Source: Octopus sinensis (Eukaryota). From it: a stretch of 64,000 nt of DNA. Made by a program: the position numbers and the translations under genes. Location of the stretch: contig NC_043008.1 of NCBI RefSeq assembly GCF_006345805.1, positions 57,970,001 to 58,034,000 on the forward strand, given 5' to 3'. Shown here piece by piece: positions 24,887-37,750 of the stretch; within the stretch, counting starts at the first letter, position 1; every line of letters starts with the position of its first letter. Below the pieces are notes generated by a model, which was given only the letters and a program-made list of their open reading frames with translations, was not told the DNA's origin and searched no databases.

Positions 24887-26217
24887 ACCGAAATACAAGA
24901 GCAATTAACATATTCACATTAAAAAAACTGCCACAACGCGTTATGAATGATTATGTTCATCATTGTTATTTAATAGGTATTCTTGTTAATTAACCCTGCT
25001 CATACATAATCTGCTGTGTACAGCATACAGAGACCTTCTTTTCTGTTAGCCTGTCTGTAATCCACCAACAGCACATCTTTTGTACCTTAATTTGCATTAG
25101 AAACCATATGGAATTCCCCACCTACTTCTTTTCTAAACCGTTAACTACATCAAACATTAACTTTGTGTTGTTGGTTGCCATTTATCCCCTTTTAGCTATG
25201 CTAATTAGAGTTTGAGCTTGTCATGTTAGCTGCCAAAATATTGTGAAAATTAATATTTTAAAATTGAATTTTTTATACTTTTTAAAAATATTCTTATAAT
25301 CAGAATCACGTATTGATAACTTCCATTTATCAGATACCTTCAGTAAATCAATTATTGATCACTCCAAATTTAAAGGGTGAACAAGCTTCAGGGTATAATG
25401 TATTGATTTCTTTTTCTTTTATTGGTTTAAGACCTCAAATTTGTAAGAGAAGACTAGAATAGTTGATTAATATTGACCTAATTATATAACAACTATTACA
25501 TTGGCCACAAGTGAAATGGAAAGAAAAATTTGACCTCCGTAGAATTTGAATCCAGACCCTACAGTAATGAAAGTAAATACTGCAAACCATCTAGTTTGAC
25601 ACTCTATTGCTTCTATCTTCTCTCACTTCATTATTTTGCTTGGGTGCAAGTGTGGCTGTATGGGTAAGAAGCTTGCTTCCCAACCGTGTGGTTTTGAGTT
25701 CACTTCCACCACGTAGCATCTTGGGCAAGTGTATTCTACTTTAGTCCCGATCTGACCAAAGCCTTGGGAGTGAATTTGATAGAAAGAAACTGAAAGAAGC
25801 CTGTTGTACATATGTATGTATGAGCACATGAATTATTATTATTATATTATTATTATTATCATTTCTTTTAAAGCATCTTATTACATTGAAATTTCTAGCT
25901 TACAAACTGAAAAGGGAGCTTGTCAAAATTAACTAAATTACCATAGAATAATGGTTTTATATTTATTTACAATTAAGATCTAAAGTGTTAATATATGAAT
26001 GCAAAAGAGACAGTTGACTAACTGTAAACCTACTTTTGAGCGACCCTGTATCATCATCATCATCATCATCGTCGTTTAACGTCCGTTCTCCATGCTAGCA
26101 TGGGTTGGACGGTTCGACCGGGGTTCTGGGAAGCCAGAAGGCTGCACCAGGCTCCAGTCTAATTTGGCAATGTTTCTACAGCTGGATGCCCTTCCTAACG
26201 CCAACCACTCCGTGTTC

Positions 26218-26259
<42 letters not shown>

Positions 26260-26659
26260 TCATCATCATCATCATCATCGTTTAGCGTCCGTTTTCCATG
26301 CTTGCATGGGTTGGACGGTTCTACTGGGGTCTGTGAAGCCAGAAGGCTTCATCAGGCCCAGTCAAATCTGGCAGTGTTTCTACGGCTGGATGCCCTTCCT
26401 AATATATGAACATATATATATCACCATCATCATCATCATCATCATTTAATATCCATAGCATAAGTTGAACACTTTCATAGCAGCTGGAAAGCCAAAGAGT
26501 TGCACCAGACCCCCAATTGTCTGTTTTCGCATGGTTTCTATGGCTGGATACCCTTCATAACACCAACCACTTTAAAGTATACTCAGTGCTCCTTACACAG
26601 TGCCAGCACGAGTGTTTTTTTTTACATGATATATATGCATTATACATGTATGTATGTAT

Positions 26660-26690
<31 letters not shown>

Positions 26691-26797
26691 ATGTACATAC
26701 ATACATAGAAATACATATATATGCATGTATGTATAAGTTTTAGTTTCTGTCTATACATACATACATACATACATATATATATTTATACATACATATA

Positions 26798-26836
<39 letters not shown>

Positions 26837-26990
26837 TCTTCTAATTGCCTACATGATAACTGTAAACATACTTTTGGACCACCCTGTATATATATATATA
26901 AGGAGAGTTTATGAAAAAAATAAAAGACGAAGACAGGTGGTGTACAAAACAAACAGATGTATTAGTATAATGCTCAGGAATAGAGAAAGT

Positions 26991-27026
26991 CTTTTACGTT
27001 TCGAGCCTACGCTCTTCTACAGAAAG
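26991..27026 (-). ncRNA. Minimal hammerhead-like motif, family 1
   Basis: Reverse complement: CTTT-CTGTAGA-A-GAGC GTAG GCTC-GAAA-CG-TA-AAAG. Confidence 0.65.
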
Positions 27027-27539
27027 GGACACAGAAAAAACAAGGAGAGAAAGAAGGAGAGAAAAATAATGTGTGTAGTGGCTAATGATCTATCATGCCG
27101 ATAGATATAGATATATATTGGAAAAAGTGTGAGATCCTTGAAAAAGAAAAAGAATGTGTTCATTGGTAGTTCTAATCAGTTTAATTTATTATTTTAAAAT
27201 TTTTTAATAATATAAATTTTAGTTTATAGACCTTGTAAGTTCTTTGTTAACTTGAGTGTGGAGAATTAAAGAAAAAAGTTTTCTTCTTAGCTTCTTTGGA
27301 GAACTTTCTTGTATTCCTTGTCAAACAGATGTGAGGATTTGTTGTTTTGTGATTCTCATCATCATCATCATCATCATCATTGTTTAACGTCTGTTTTCCA
27401 TGCTAGCATGGGTCGGACGAATGACTGAGGGCTGGCGAACCAGATGGCTGCACCAGGCTTCAATCTTCATCTGGCAGAGTTTCTACAGCTGGATGCCCTT
27501 CCTAACACCAACCACTCCGAGAGTGTAGTATATATGGGA

Positions 27540-28380
27540 TTTAGGTGTGTTTTGGGTGGGGTTTGGAATTTGTTAATTAGTGTTGGGGTGTAAGACTGTT
27601 GATGAATGATAACTGAAAGAAAGTAGTGAATGGTCAACACAAGATAACTTGATTGGGGGTGAAGTTGAGAGGTGGTGGGGTGTTCTTCTAAATATTCTTC
27701 TAAATTTTTGTCTCTTTTTAAGTGAGTCTGAATCCTGTTCTGTTTTTAACCAGTGATTTGTATGTGTGTCCAGTATTTAGAAAAAAATTCTCTCAATCAT
27801 AATTTTAGGTAAAATTCTTGTGTCTTTTATGAGTTCAGTTTGGTTAGGTTTTGGAGTCTGTGTAAATTTCAATCCATTTTCCAGAAGTTTAATTTCTTCT
27901 TTAGATAATTTCTTAGTGGATAAACTTAATATTTTCAAGTTGCTTATATGTTTGTTTCTTGGGAAGAATGGTGTTATTTTCTTTTTTTGGTGGTAGATTT
28001 CCAGTCTTAAGAAATTGTTTCCATTAGAGTTGGGAGTGTTTCTGTGGGAATTTTGTATTTTTCTGTATGTAAATATGTTAGGTTGGTTATTCATGAGTAA
28101 GTATATTCTTGGTTGTTGAACTAGGGATTGACTCATTATTCTGTAGTTGTTCATTTGGGCCTATGATTTAGTCTTTAGAGAGTTCAAATTGTTCTTTGTT
28201 TAGGGTTGTATGTTTTCTTGTTTCTTGTTGTATCTGTGTATGATTGCAAATTAGTGTTTCTTAGAAGACTGATGTATCTTTGTTTATTTTGTGGGAAAAC
28301 TTACTTTCTTTTGGTGTTGTTTTGAGATCTGAGGGTTGTTGTAGTAGGTTGGCATTTAGGTTTTATCTGTTTTTTCCCAT
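27540..28380 (-). mobile_element. Penelope-like element, N-terminal part of the ORF
   Basis: ILSLSTKKLSKEEIKLLENGLKFTQTPKPNQTELIKDT matches the pre-RT PLE pattern NLS..L..E..L.KGL.F.PTP; frameshifted. Confidence 0.75.
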
Positions 28381-28507
28381 AAGTCTTTTTGTATTCCTGT
28401 AGCCAGAGGATTTTTGCTTCCAAGGTGTGGTATTGAGATATGTCTATACGTATATGTGTGTGTACATTTATGTATGTAATGTGTATATGTATGCATATGT
28501 GTGTATG

Positions 28508-28564
<57 letters not shown>

Positions 28565-28573
28565 ATATATATA

Positions 28574-28655
<82 letters not shown>

Positions 28656-28752
28656 CGGGAAGCTTTATGAAAATAGACAAAAGACGAAGGCAGGTGGAAT
28701 ACAAACAAACAATTGTATTAGTATGGCGCTCAGGAATATAAATAAAACAAGT

Positions 28753-28788
28753 CTTTAACGTTTCGAGCCTACGCTCTTCAACAGAAAG
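28753..28788 (-). ncRNA. Minimal hammerhead-like motif, family 1
   Basis: Reverse complement: CTTT-CTGTTGA-A-GAGC GTAG GCTC-GAAA-CG-TT-AAAG. Confidence 0.65.
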
Positions 28789-29006
28789 ATACACAGAGAA
28801 GAAACACAGAAAGAAGGAGAGAAAAAAAGGAGAGAAAAAAGGAAAGAAGGAGAGAAAAAAAATGCGTGCAGAGGCTAGCGAATCAACATGGCGATATATA
28901 AGTGCATGTATATGTGTGTGTGCAGGTATGTGTGTGGGTATGTATGTGAGTATGTATATATATATGTGTGTGCGTGTAAATGTATATGTGTGTGCGTATG
29001 TATGGT

Positions 29007-30220
29007 AATTCTTTGTTTTACAACATTGAAGAGTTGCATTGTCACTTTTCGAAATGCAATTCATGGTCATGGTGTCTGATTATATTGTGAATTTTCTTTT
29101 GTGAATCTGTTTTTGTGAACCTATGAATAGATAAAAAGAATCTATGTTGTTTGTGAATATGAGTTCCGTTGTGGAACCAGTGCATCTCAGACACCTTGAA
29201 ATATCAATGAGGTGTTTGATGAAGATGTGGTGAATGAGTGCACTGTATATTGATGGTTTTAGGAGTTCCCGTTTGGTAACTTTACTCTTGTAAAATCAGC
29301 CCCGTGGTAGACCTGAGACCAAGGTGGATAACGATAAACTGGAAACTGAAGTGGAAGCAGGTACATCTCAAACTATGCGTGAGTTAGCAAGTGAGGTTTG
29401 ATGTCTCAATTCTAATTGTATTGGATCATCTGAAACAAATCAGTAAAGTAAAGAAGCTGGACATGTAGGTATCACACAAACTGAACAGGCATCAAATGAC
29501 ACATCATCTTGAAACTTGCTGTTCTTTGCTCTCACAGCATAAAAGCAAACTGTTATTGCATCATATTGTTATGTGTGATGAAAATTGGATTCTTTTCAAC
29601 AATAGCGAGCATTCTGCATGGTTGTTGGATAGAGGCTAAGTGCCAAAACACAATCCAAAAAATAATATTCACCAAAAAAAGGCTAATGGTGTCTGTTTTG
29701 TCGTCCAGTGCTGGTATCATCCACTATAACTTCATGAGACCTGGCAAGTCAATTATAGTGGATGTATACATCAATCAACTGGATGAAACGATGTGTGAAC
29801 TTGCAATTAAACAACTGTGATTGGTTGAAAGAGACAGGCTGATTCTCATGCAAGACAATGCTTGACCAAATGTTGCACAAAAAACGCTACTCAAGTTACA
29901 GGAACTGAACTTGGAAGTACTCTGTCATCCATCATATTCACCAGACCTTGCACCAACTGACTATCATGTTTTCCAGGCATTAGACAATTTTTTGCAAGGA
30001 AAGAACTTCAAATCTGAAGATGAAAAAACAGCCTTTCTCGATTTCGTCACCTCTTGCTCTCCACAATTCTTTGCTACTAGCAAAAATAAGCTACCGATAA
30101 AATGGCAAAGTTGTGTTGATAATTTAGGTGCATACTTTGATTAGCTGCATTGCTTTTTGTTGAGATAAAGTAAAACAAACCTTCAGTTTAAAAATGGACA
30201 TTTCATTCTTAATGACCTGA
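29007..30220 (+). mobile_element. Second copy of the mariner at 149-1438, left TIR lost
   Basis: Colinear with copy 1; HPSYSPDLAPTDYHVF motif; right TIR ends at 30220. Confidence 0.95.
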
Positions 30221-30331
30221 TGTGTGTGTGTGCATATATATGTGTGTATATATATATATATAATACTGTATATATATAATATATATATATATATATATTA
30301 TATATAATATATATATATATATAATATATAT

Positions 30332-30374
<43 letters not shown>

Positions 30375-30382
30375 TATACACA

Positions 30383-30690
30383 TGGAGGCGCAATGGCCTA
30401 GTGGTTAGGGCAGCGGACTCGTGGTTGTAGGATCGCGGTTTCGATTCCCAGACCGGGCGTTGTGAGTGTTTATTGAGCGAAAACACCTAAAAAAAAGCTC
30501 CACGAGGCTCCGGCAAGGGGTGGTGATCCCTGCTGTACTCCTTCACCACTCTTTCCCTCACTCTTTCTTCTGTTGGCCTGCTCGCTTAGCCAGCGGGGTG
30601 GCATCATTTGAAGGCTAAAACAATGCGAACGCATTGTGACCTGCGATGTGTAACATCTGATGGTCTGGTCGGTCATGTGATCACGTGATA
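30383..30690 (+). mobile_element. Family 'D' SINE variant
   Basis: Same GGAGGCGCAATGGCC head as 13031 but a different 3' part. Confidence 0.8.
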
Positions 30691-30700
30691 TATATACATA

Positions 30701-31052
30701 CAAGGTGCGTAAGATATTTGAAGACAGATTTATGTTTATAAAAAAACATATAATAACAGATAATAACTTTATTTATCAAAAAATGCTATGAGGATAAAAA
30801 TACTCCTGTTCTATAATGTTATTCAATAAAGCCATCTTCAGCTTCAACGACTGCTTTTATATGAGATCTAAATCATCCACATGCTCGAATCAAATAGTCC
30901 TGGTTCATTTTGGACATTACTCTGACTATGACAGCTTTCAAAGGATCTTTGGTCTTATGGGCTTGTTCATCGACCTCTCTCTTAATGACGCTCCACATGT
31001 AATAGTCCAATGGATTGAGATCTGGGGAATTAGGAGGCCAAATGTTAGGGGC
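30701..31052 (-). mobile_element. maT/DD37D-like Tc1/mariner 3' remnant
   Basis: Reverse complement translates PNIWPPNSPDLNPLDYYMWSVIKREV...RACG*FRSHIKAVVEAEDGFIE*; terminus TA-CAAGGTGCG. Confidence 0.85.
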
Positions 31053-31054
31053 TA

Positions 31055-31267
31055 TGTGTGCTGATATGTTCCTGGCTTGGGGTAAAAGAAAATACAGGAA
31101 GATCAGTTAATCATAATTTTATTGAACATATTCCCCTCTCAGCTTCACATACTTATTTCAGCGGTCCTTCAGTTTTTCTAAGCCCTGTAAAAGAACCAGG
31201 AAGGTTGGGCCTCCAACTAGGCCTTCCACGATACCCTCAAAGCCAGGAACTTTTCAGCAACCCCTCG
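31055..31267 (-). mobile_element. Second copy of the mariner-derived MITE at 21336
   Basis: Colinear in reverse orientation, TA flanks, remnant DR*NKYVKLRGEYVQ*. Confidence 0.85.
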
Positions 31268-31589
31268 TATGACTGTTGTACTGATTCTGTCACTTACTAT
31301 TTTGTCTGGTTTTTGCAGCATGCATCTTATGTTTCTTTAATGAATGCATCACCAGAAATGCTAATGGGAGTTATTCATGATATTTAAATGAACAGAAAGG
31401 AAGAAATAATTCTCCATAAACCTTTCAGATTTGCATTATCAACAGCCTCTGTGTGGACCAACATAATCTATGGTGAATTTTATATATTGTTTGTTCACCG
31501 TCATTATTGTTTGTTTGTTGACGGTCAGTCAAATATAATGACTATTAACCTCACTCTCGAGTGTGTTTGTGTTGTCTTCGGTTATTTAT

Positions 31590-32346
31590 TGTACATTGTA
31601 TTGTGGGCGTATGTGTGCGTGCATTTGTCTGTGTGTATTTGTGTGTGTGTGTGTGTGTGTGTATTTGTGTGTGTGTGTGTGTGTGTGTGTATTTGTGTGT
31701 GTGTGTGTGTGTGTATTTGTGTGTGGGTGTGTGGTGTGTGTGTATTTGTGTGTGTGTGCGTATGTGTGCGTGCATTTGTCTGTGTGTATTTGTGTGTGGT
31801 GTGTGTGTGTGTATTTGTGTGTGGTTGTGTGTGTGTGTGTGTGTATTTGTGTGTGTGTGTGTGTGTGTATTTGTGTGTGTGTGGTGTGTATTTGTGTGTG
31901 TGTGCGTATGTGTGCGTGCATTTGTCTGTGTGTATTGTGTTGTGTGTGGTGTTGTGTGTGTATTTGTGTGTGTGTGTGTGTGGTGTGTGTATGTGTGTGT
32001 GTGTGCGTAGTGTGCGTGCATTTGTCTGTGTGTATTTGTGTGTGTGTGTGTGTGTGTGTGTATTTGTGTGTGTGTGTGTGTGTGTGTGTATTTGTGTGTG
32101 TGTGCGTATGTGTGCGTGCATTTGTCTGTGTGTATTTGTGTGTGTGTGTGTGTGTGTGTATTTGTGTGTGTGTGTGTGTGTGTGTGTATTTGTGTGTGTG
32201 TGTGTGTGTGATTGTTTATATGTGTACATGTGTGTGTAAAATAAAACTAATACAAAAAACCACTGATAAACACAAATGCAATCACATTCAATTCACTTTT
32301 CAATGTTTGAAAGAAAAGCTGGTTCCACATGTACGCAAATATGTCA

Positions 32347-32381
<35 letters not shown>

Positions 32382-32470
32382 TGTGTGTGTCTGTGTATGT
32401 GCGTGCATGTGGTGTGTGTGTGTATGTGTCTGTGTATGTGCGTGCATGTGTGTGTATGTGTGTGTGTGTA

Positions 32471-32503
<33 letters not shown>

Positions 32504-32716
32504 GTGTCTGTGTGTGTTTTGTGGTGTGTGTGTATATTGTGTGTGTCTGTGCGTGTGTGTGTGTGCATGTATGTGCGTGTGTGCGTGTGTGTGTGTGTGT
32601 GGGTGCATTTGTGTGTGTGTGTGTAGTGTGTATATGTGTGTGTGTCTGTGTGTGTTTGTGCGTGTGTGTGTATATATGTGTGTGTCTGTGTGTGTGTGTG
32701 TGTGTATGTATGTGCG

Positions 32717-32756
<40 letters not shown>

Positions 32757-32775
32757 TGTGTCTGTGTGTGTGTAA
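31590..32775. repeat. Long compound (GT)n-rich tract with a recurring GTGCGTGCATTTGTCTGTGTGTATTT unit
   Basis: Direct inspection; source of the 417-aa Cys/Val ORF. Confidence 0.95.
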
Positions 32776-33104
32776 AAGCGTGGTACGTGTTCAGTGTGGT
32801 GGTTGTTTGTGTTTGATGTTGTTGGTGTTGTAGGTAAGAAAGGAGATGACGGATCACATCTTATCAAGAGTTTGTTTGGAGCCAGATTTCTATGTAGTTA
32901 GCTATATGGCTAGAGATATTGTATAGCTATGTTGTGGAGAGTATGTATGAAGTTGTGTATAACCAATAACATCGTCGTCATCGTCATCGCCACCACCACC
33001 ACCACCACCATCGTCGTCGTTGGCATTGCCACCGCCTTCACTTGGTGTCCTTAATATTAAAACACTTCAACTCAAATTAATTCTACAAATAATTATATAT
33101 ATAT

Positions 33105-33796
33105 CATCATCATCAACATCATCGTTTAACGTCCGTTCTCCATGCTAGCATAGGCTGGATGGTTTAACCGGGGTCTGGAAAGCCAGGAAGCTGCACCAGG
33201 CTCCAGTCTGATCTGGCAGTGTTTCTACAGCTGGATGCCCTTCCTAACGCCAACCACTCCGTGAGTGTAGTGGGTGCATTTTACATGCCACCGGCACGGA
33301 AGCCAGTCAAGGCGGCGCTGGCATTGGCCACGATTCGGATAGTGCTTTTTACATGCCACCGGCACGGAAGCCAGATGGTGCTTTTTACGTGCTACGGCAC
33401 AGGGATCACAACTGCAGTTTCCATTGATTTGATGTTGGTGTACTTGACTCAATGATCTCCTCAAGCACAGGGTCGAAATGGGGTTGTCTTCACTTGCCAC
33501 CTGCACAGGAGTCAGTCCAGCGGTCCTGGCAACTGCTGGGTGCCAGTCATAGGATTGGTTCAATTCAATTCCGATTTCACTTGCCCCAACAGGCCTCTCC
33601 AAGCAGAGTTTAGTGTCCAATGAAGGGAGGTTGGCATGAGTGCCTGTCGTCGGATGAGGTTCGATTCGACTTCGCTTGCCTCAACAGGTCTTTGTGTGTC
33701 CAAGGGAGGAAAGACATGCATGAGTGGGCTGGACTCACTTGTCCTGCCGGGTCTTCTCATGACAGCATATCTCCAAGGTCTCGGTCGCTAGTCATA
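33105..33796 (-). mobile_element. Family 'B' element, longest copy, between (TA)n tracts
   Basis: Contains the shared 3' block, three internal CGTGCCGGTGGCA(C/T)G-type repeats and an additional 5' region. Confidence 0.85.
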
Positions 33797-33817
33797 TATA
33801 TATATATTATATATATA

Positions 33818-33885
<68 letters not shown>

Positions 33886-34194
33886 TAAATAAATAATGCA
33901 TGTAAATATTGGAGCTGAAAAGGTCAAAAGGAGCCTTCAACCTTTTCTGTTCAAAAGAGGTTTTCAACCCAATGTTTACATGGTATTATTTATAGCCTTA
34001 TGTGCTTCAAGATCCACTGTTCAAAAAAGGAATTATTTCTTGTTCTCTTGAAAGTTTCTAAATTCTTACAACATCAGCAATAGACATAAATACATACATG
34101 CATGCCTGCCTACATACATACATACATACATACATACATACATACATACATACATACATAAATACATACATACATACATACACACACACACATA

Positions 34195-35672
34195 CATCCA
34201 AGTTTAGGTTTATACCTGTAATTATTGGGGCTCTGGGATATGTAACACATTGCCTAAATACCAATCTTGAGAAAATAGGCTTCTCAAAACCAGAAAGGAG
34301 AAAGGTGATTTGAAGACTACGGATCCAAACCATCACTGGAACTGTAAAAACCTGTAAAACTTCCCTGAAGTTTAAATATATTGGGTCATCATATAAATAA
34401 TGTGGATGAAAAATACCCCTGCAGTACTGTTCTGACCTCGTCTACAGAATTCATATTTTTGCCATCCTAATTATTTTGAAGACTGTGGAATAAATGATAA
34501 TCAGGTGGAGCAATGTCCGTCAAATATGGTGGGTGGGGCATCATTTCCCATTTAAACTGCTCCAGCCTTTGCAATGTCATCCCCTCTGTATGTGGCTGAG
34601 CATTATCCTGATGGAAAAACAACTTTCGTCTTGAAATCAAAGATGGTAATTTTTCTTCTAGTGCTGACTTAAGTTGCTCAAGCTGCTCTCTGTAGATCTC
34701 CTTTGTTATCATTTGGTTTAGGTTTAAAATTTCAAAGTGGACTAAACCTTTCATATCTCACCAAACAGATAACAACACCTTATGTGAATGCTGGTGTTTC
34801 TCCTTTCCCTACCCACTGTATTCGGCACTTGACATTTTTACAGAAAACCCTCCTTACCAGTCACTATTTGGTCCAAAAAAGATTCATTCATGAGATGTGA
34901 CAGCAAAGAAAAGCACACATTCACTCTCTGCATGCGATTAAGATCAGAAAGTTTATGAAAATCCCATTGACCCAATTTGCTGACTTTTCCAATGGCACGC
35001 AGATGTCGATGAATGGTTGAATGACCAAATCCAAACTTCTCTGCTAGCTCTTCAACAGTTACGATGGGATTTTGTTCCACCAAGGTTTGCAGGATGTCCT
35101 TGTCGAGCTCTACAGATCTTCCAAAATGAGACTCATCTTCCAGCTTGGAATTTCTCGAACAACCCTTGACACTGGCTTAAGCTTATTGTCCAATCCCCAT
35201 ATACTGCATTAATATTCCTCGCACTATCCATTGTGTTGTTGCCTTTATTGAACTCATAAAGCAAAATGTGCCAAATATGCTCCTTTGTCACTTCCATTAT
35301 AGCTTTCAAAAAATAACTGTTAAAATCGAACTGCACTCTTCAAAACTTGCACTAAGAATAAGTACAAAGTAAAATTATTACCAGCTTTTATAGCAAGCTG
35401 ATGCAGGTAGTTTATCCTGACCCCTCTGACTTTTAGCTCATGCAATTGAAAAACCCACAAAATTTATGGGATGACCCAATATATGAGCATGTCTAGATAT
35501 GCAACTTTATGCATGAGAATACATACATAAAAAGAAAAAACATACAAATCTGCACATATACATACAGGCAAAAATATACTGTTGATGTTGAAATTCTAAT
35601 GAAGGAGCCTTGGATCTAGGTTAGGAACGGGTTCTTTCTCTATTGGCAAAAGATCTTGAAATAAAATTGAAT
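34195..35672 (+). mobile_element. R4/Dong-like RLE retrotransposon 3' end, split by a mariner insertion
   Basis: KFRFIPVIIGALGYVTHCL...TITGTVKTCK; the UTR resumes at 35480 and matches the uninterrupted copy at 13680-13950. Confidence 0.72.
34381..35479 (-). mobile_element. Defective mariner of a second family, internally deleted (1099 bp)
   Basis: Imperfect TIRs TTGGGTCATC..ATAAAT..TGTGG with TA flanks; FFHQDNAQPH and HPPYLTDIAPPDYHLFHSL motifs. Confidence 0.92.
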
Positions 35673-36009
35673 AATGACATACGTACATATGTGTATGTGT
35701 GTGTGTGTATGTGTGTGTGTGAGTGTGTGTGTGTTGTGTGTGTGTGTGTGTGTGTGTGTGTACGCATGTGTATGAGAGATCGTTTCAGGGTAAATAATGC
35801 AGCATTCTGTTTTCTAATACAACTTCCACACTAAGAATACCTTTTGCTATTCAAACTGCTTCTATTGCTATTAATTATTTATGTGTGTGTGTGTGTGTTT
35901 GTGTGTGTTTGTTATATAATTATGTGTGTGTGTGTGCGCGTGTGTGTGTATGATAGATCATTAGCTACTACACGCATTTTTTTTTCTCTCCTTGTTTCTC
36001 TCTGTGTTC

Positions 36010-36045
36010 CTTTCTGTAGAAGAGCGTAGGCTCGAAACGTAAAAG
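36010..36045 (+). ncRNA. Minimal hammerhead-like motif, family 1
   Basis: CTTT-CTGTAGA-A-GAGC GTAG GCTC-GAAA-CG-TA-AAAG, inside a ~200-bp repeat (about 35945-36140). Confidence 0.65.
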
Positions 36046-36139
36046 ACTTTTTCTATTCCTGAGCATTATACTAATACATCTGTTTGTTTTGTACACCACC
36101 TGTCTTCGTCCTTTTGTGTTTTTTTTCGTAAACTCTCCC

Positions 36140-36173
<34 letters not shown>

Positions 36174-36212
36174 ATATAATATATAGGTGGTGTGTGTGTG
36201 TTGTTTGTGTGT

Positions 36213-36263
<51 letters not shown>

Positions 36264-36455
36264 TGTGTTGTTATTATGTTTATAATTGTTAAACAGACAT
36301 CAAACATTAAGGCAAGGCAAACATCTCAAGTTGTATACAACATTATAATCGAAAGAAATTCAAAATCATACAGCTGTGATCCGTTACAGCACTCACCTAG
36401 CATACCTAATCATTTAGATCACCTGTGAACTAAACCTTTACTTTGTGTGTGTATA

Positions 36456-36488
<33 letters not shown>

Positions 36489-36631
36489 GTGTGTTTTTAT
36501 AAATATATATATATGTTTATATATGTATATATAATGTATATGTATATGTTTATATATATGTATGTATATATATATATACATACCTATATTATATATAGTA
36601 TATATATATAATATGTGTTATATAATATATT

Positions 36632-36676
<45 letters not shown>

Positions 36677-36678
36677 TT

Positions 36679-36709
<31 letters not shown>

Positions 36710-37375
36710 TGGTATGGAGGAGAAAATAATGGGGTGGAAGGATGCATCTTTGCTGGTTCCATTTGAGAGACTGTAGATTCTGGATCTGCTGTTAATTTGT
36801 TCTGCGTAGGGTTGATGACCTGAGAAGTGGTTTGCTATCTGACATTTTGTGTTCGTAATAAAGAATTGTCGAGCATTTTGTTTAGTAACATGTAACTAAC
36901 TGGAAATAGAGTTGAAAACTTTGGTGATACACATCCACCTACGTGCACACTTACTATACACTGCCTCACTCACATATACACATTTCCAGATGCACTCTCA
37001 CACACACACACACACACACACACACAAGTGCTCAAACACACAAATATATGTAAAACACATCACTCCACAAAATGCATGCATTAGATAAGTTATGCATGTA
37101 CACACAAACATACACTCCCATACACACGGGCTTACATAATTTTAAGCTCGCCCACACACATTCAATTGTGCTCACCCCCATTCACACATACAAACTCACA
37201 CACACCATTCCCACATACAATCATGTGCTTGTCACCCTAGTTCTGCTGGGTCACGGTTATTATCTCCCTCTCACTCAGCCTCTTTCTTCCAGTCATTTCA
37301 TCATGTTTATCCATACACATTTTTTTTCTCTCTCCATTTTTTTCCATTTTCTCTCCATTTTTTTCTCTCTCAATC

Positions 37376-37411
37376 CTTTCTGTCAAAGAGCATAGGCTCA
37401 AAATGTCAAAG
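37376..37411 (+). ncRNA. Decayed family 1 hammerhead-like motif
   Basis: CTTT-CTGTCAA-A-GAGC ATAG GCTC-AAAA-TG-TC-AAAG; core mutated, stems retained. Confidence 0.4.
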
Positions 37412-37715
37412 ACTTTCCATTTTTCCCAAAACATCAAACTAACACTAACACAACTGCTTGTTGTTCCCACACCTGTCTCATCTTTTGTTTTCTGTAAATT
37501 CAAACTATAAAAAAGCCTGTCCATATATATAATATATATTATATATACATATATTACATAATATATATATTATATATATATAATATAATATATTATTTAT
37601 ATATATATATATATATATGTTAATCCCAAACAACAAAGCACAAAAAATACAACAACACGAGGACGTGGAACAATATAGTATTATTGGACGCTCAGGAAAG
37701 AAGGAAAGAAGGAGG

Positions 37716-37750
37716 GTTTAACGTTTCGAGTGGAGCTCTTCGTCGGAAAC
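37716..37750 (-). ncRNA. Minimal hammerhead-like motif, family 2
   Basis: Reverse complement: GTTT-CCGACGA-A-GAGC TCC ACTC-GAAA-CG-TT-AAAC. Confidence 0.6.

Noticed and set aside
31429-31472. 44-nt AG...GT segment as the upstream arrestin exon
   Set aside because: The phase could fit, but the peptide FALSTASVWTNIIY does not resemble the arrestin N-terminus and the donor GTGAAT is weak.
32820-32840. AG|GTAAGA recursive splice site
   Set aside because: The upstream tract is GT-rich rather than pyrimidine-rich and the motif is short; it cannot be distinguished from chance or from an ordinary donor.
31388-32867. Long ORFs of up to 417 aa, and the many similar His/Thr, Cys/Val, Ile/Tyr and poly-amino-acid ORFs across the window
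   Set aside because: They are translations of (GT)n, (TA)n and trinucleotide repeats that lack stop codons by composition.
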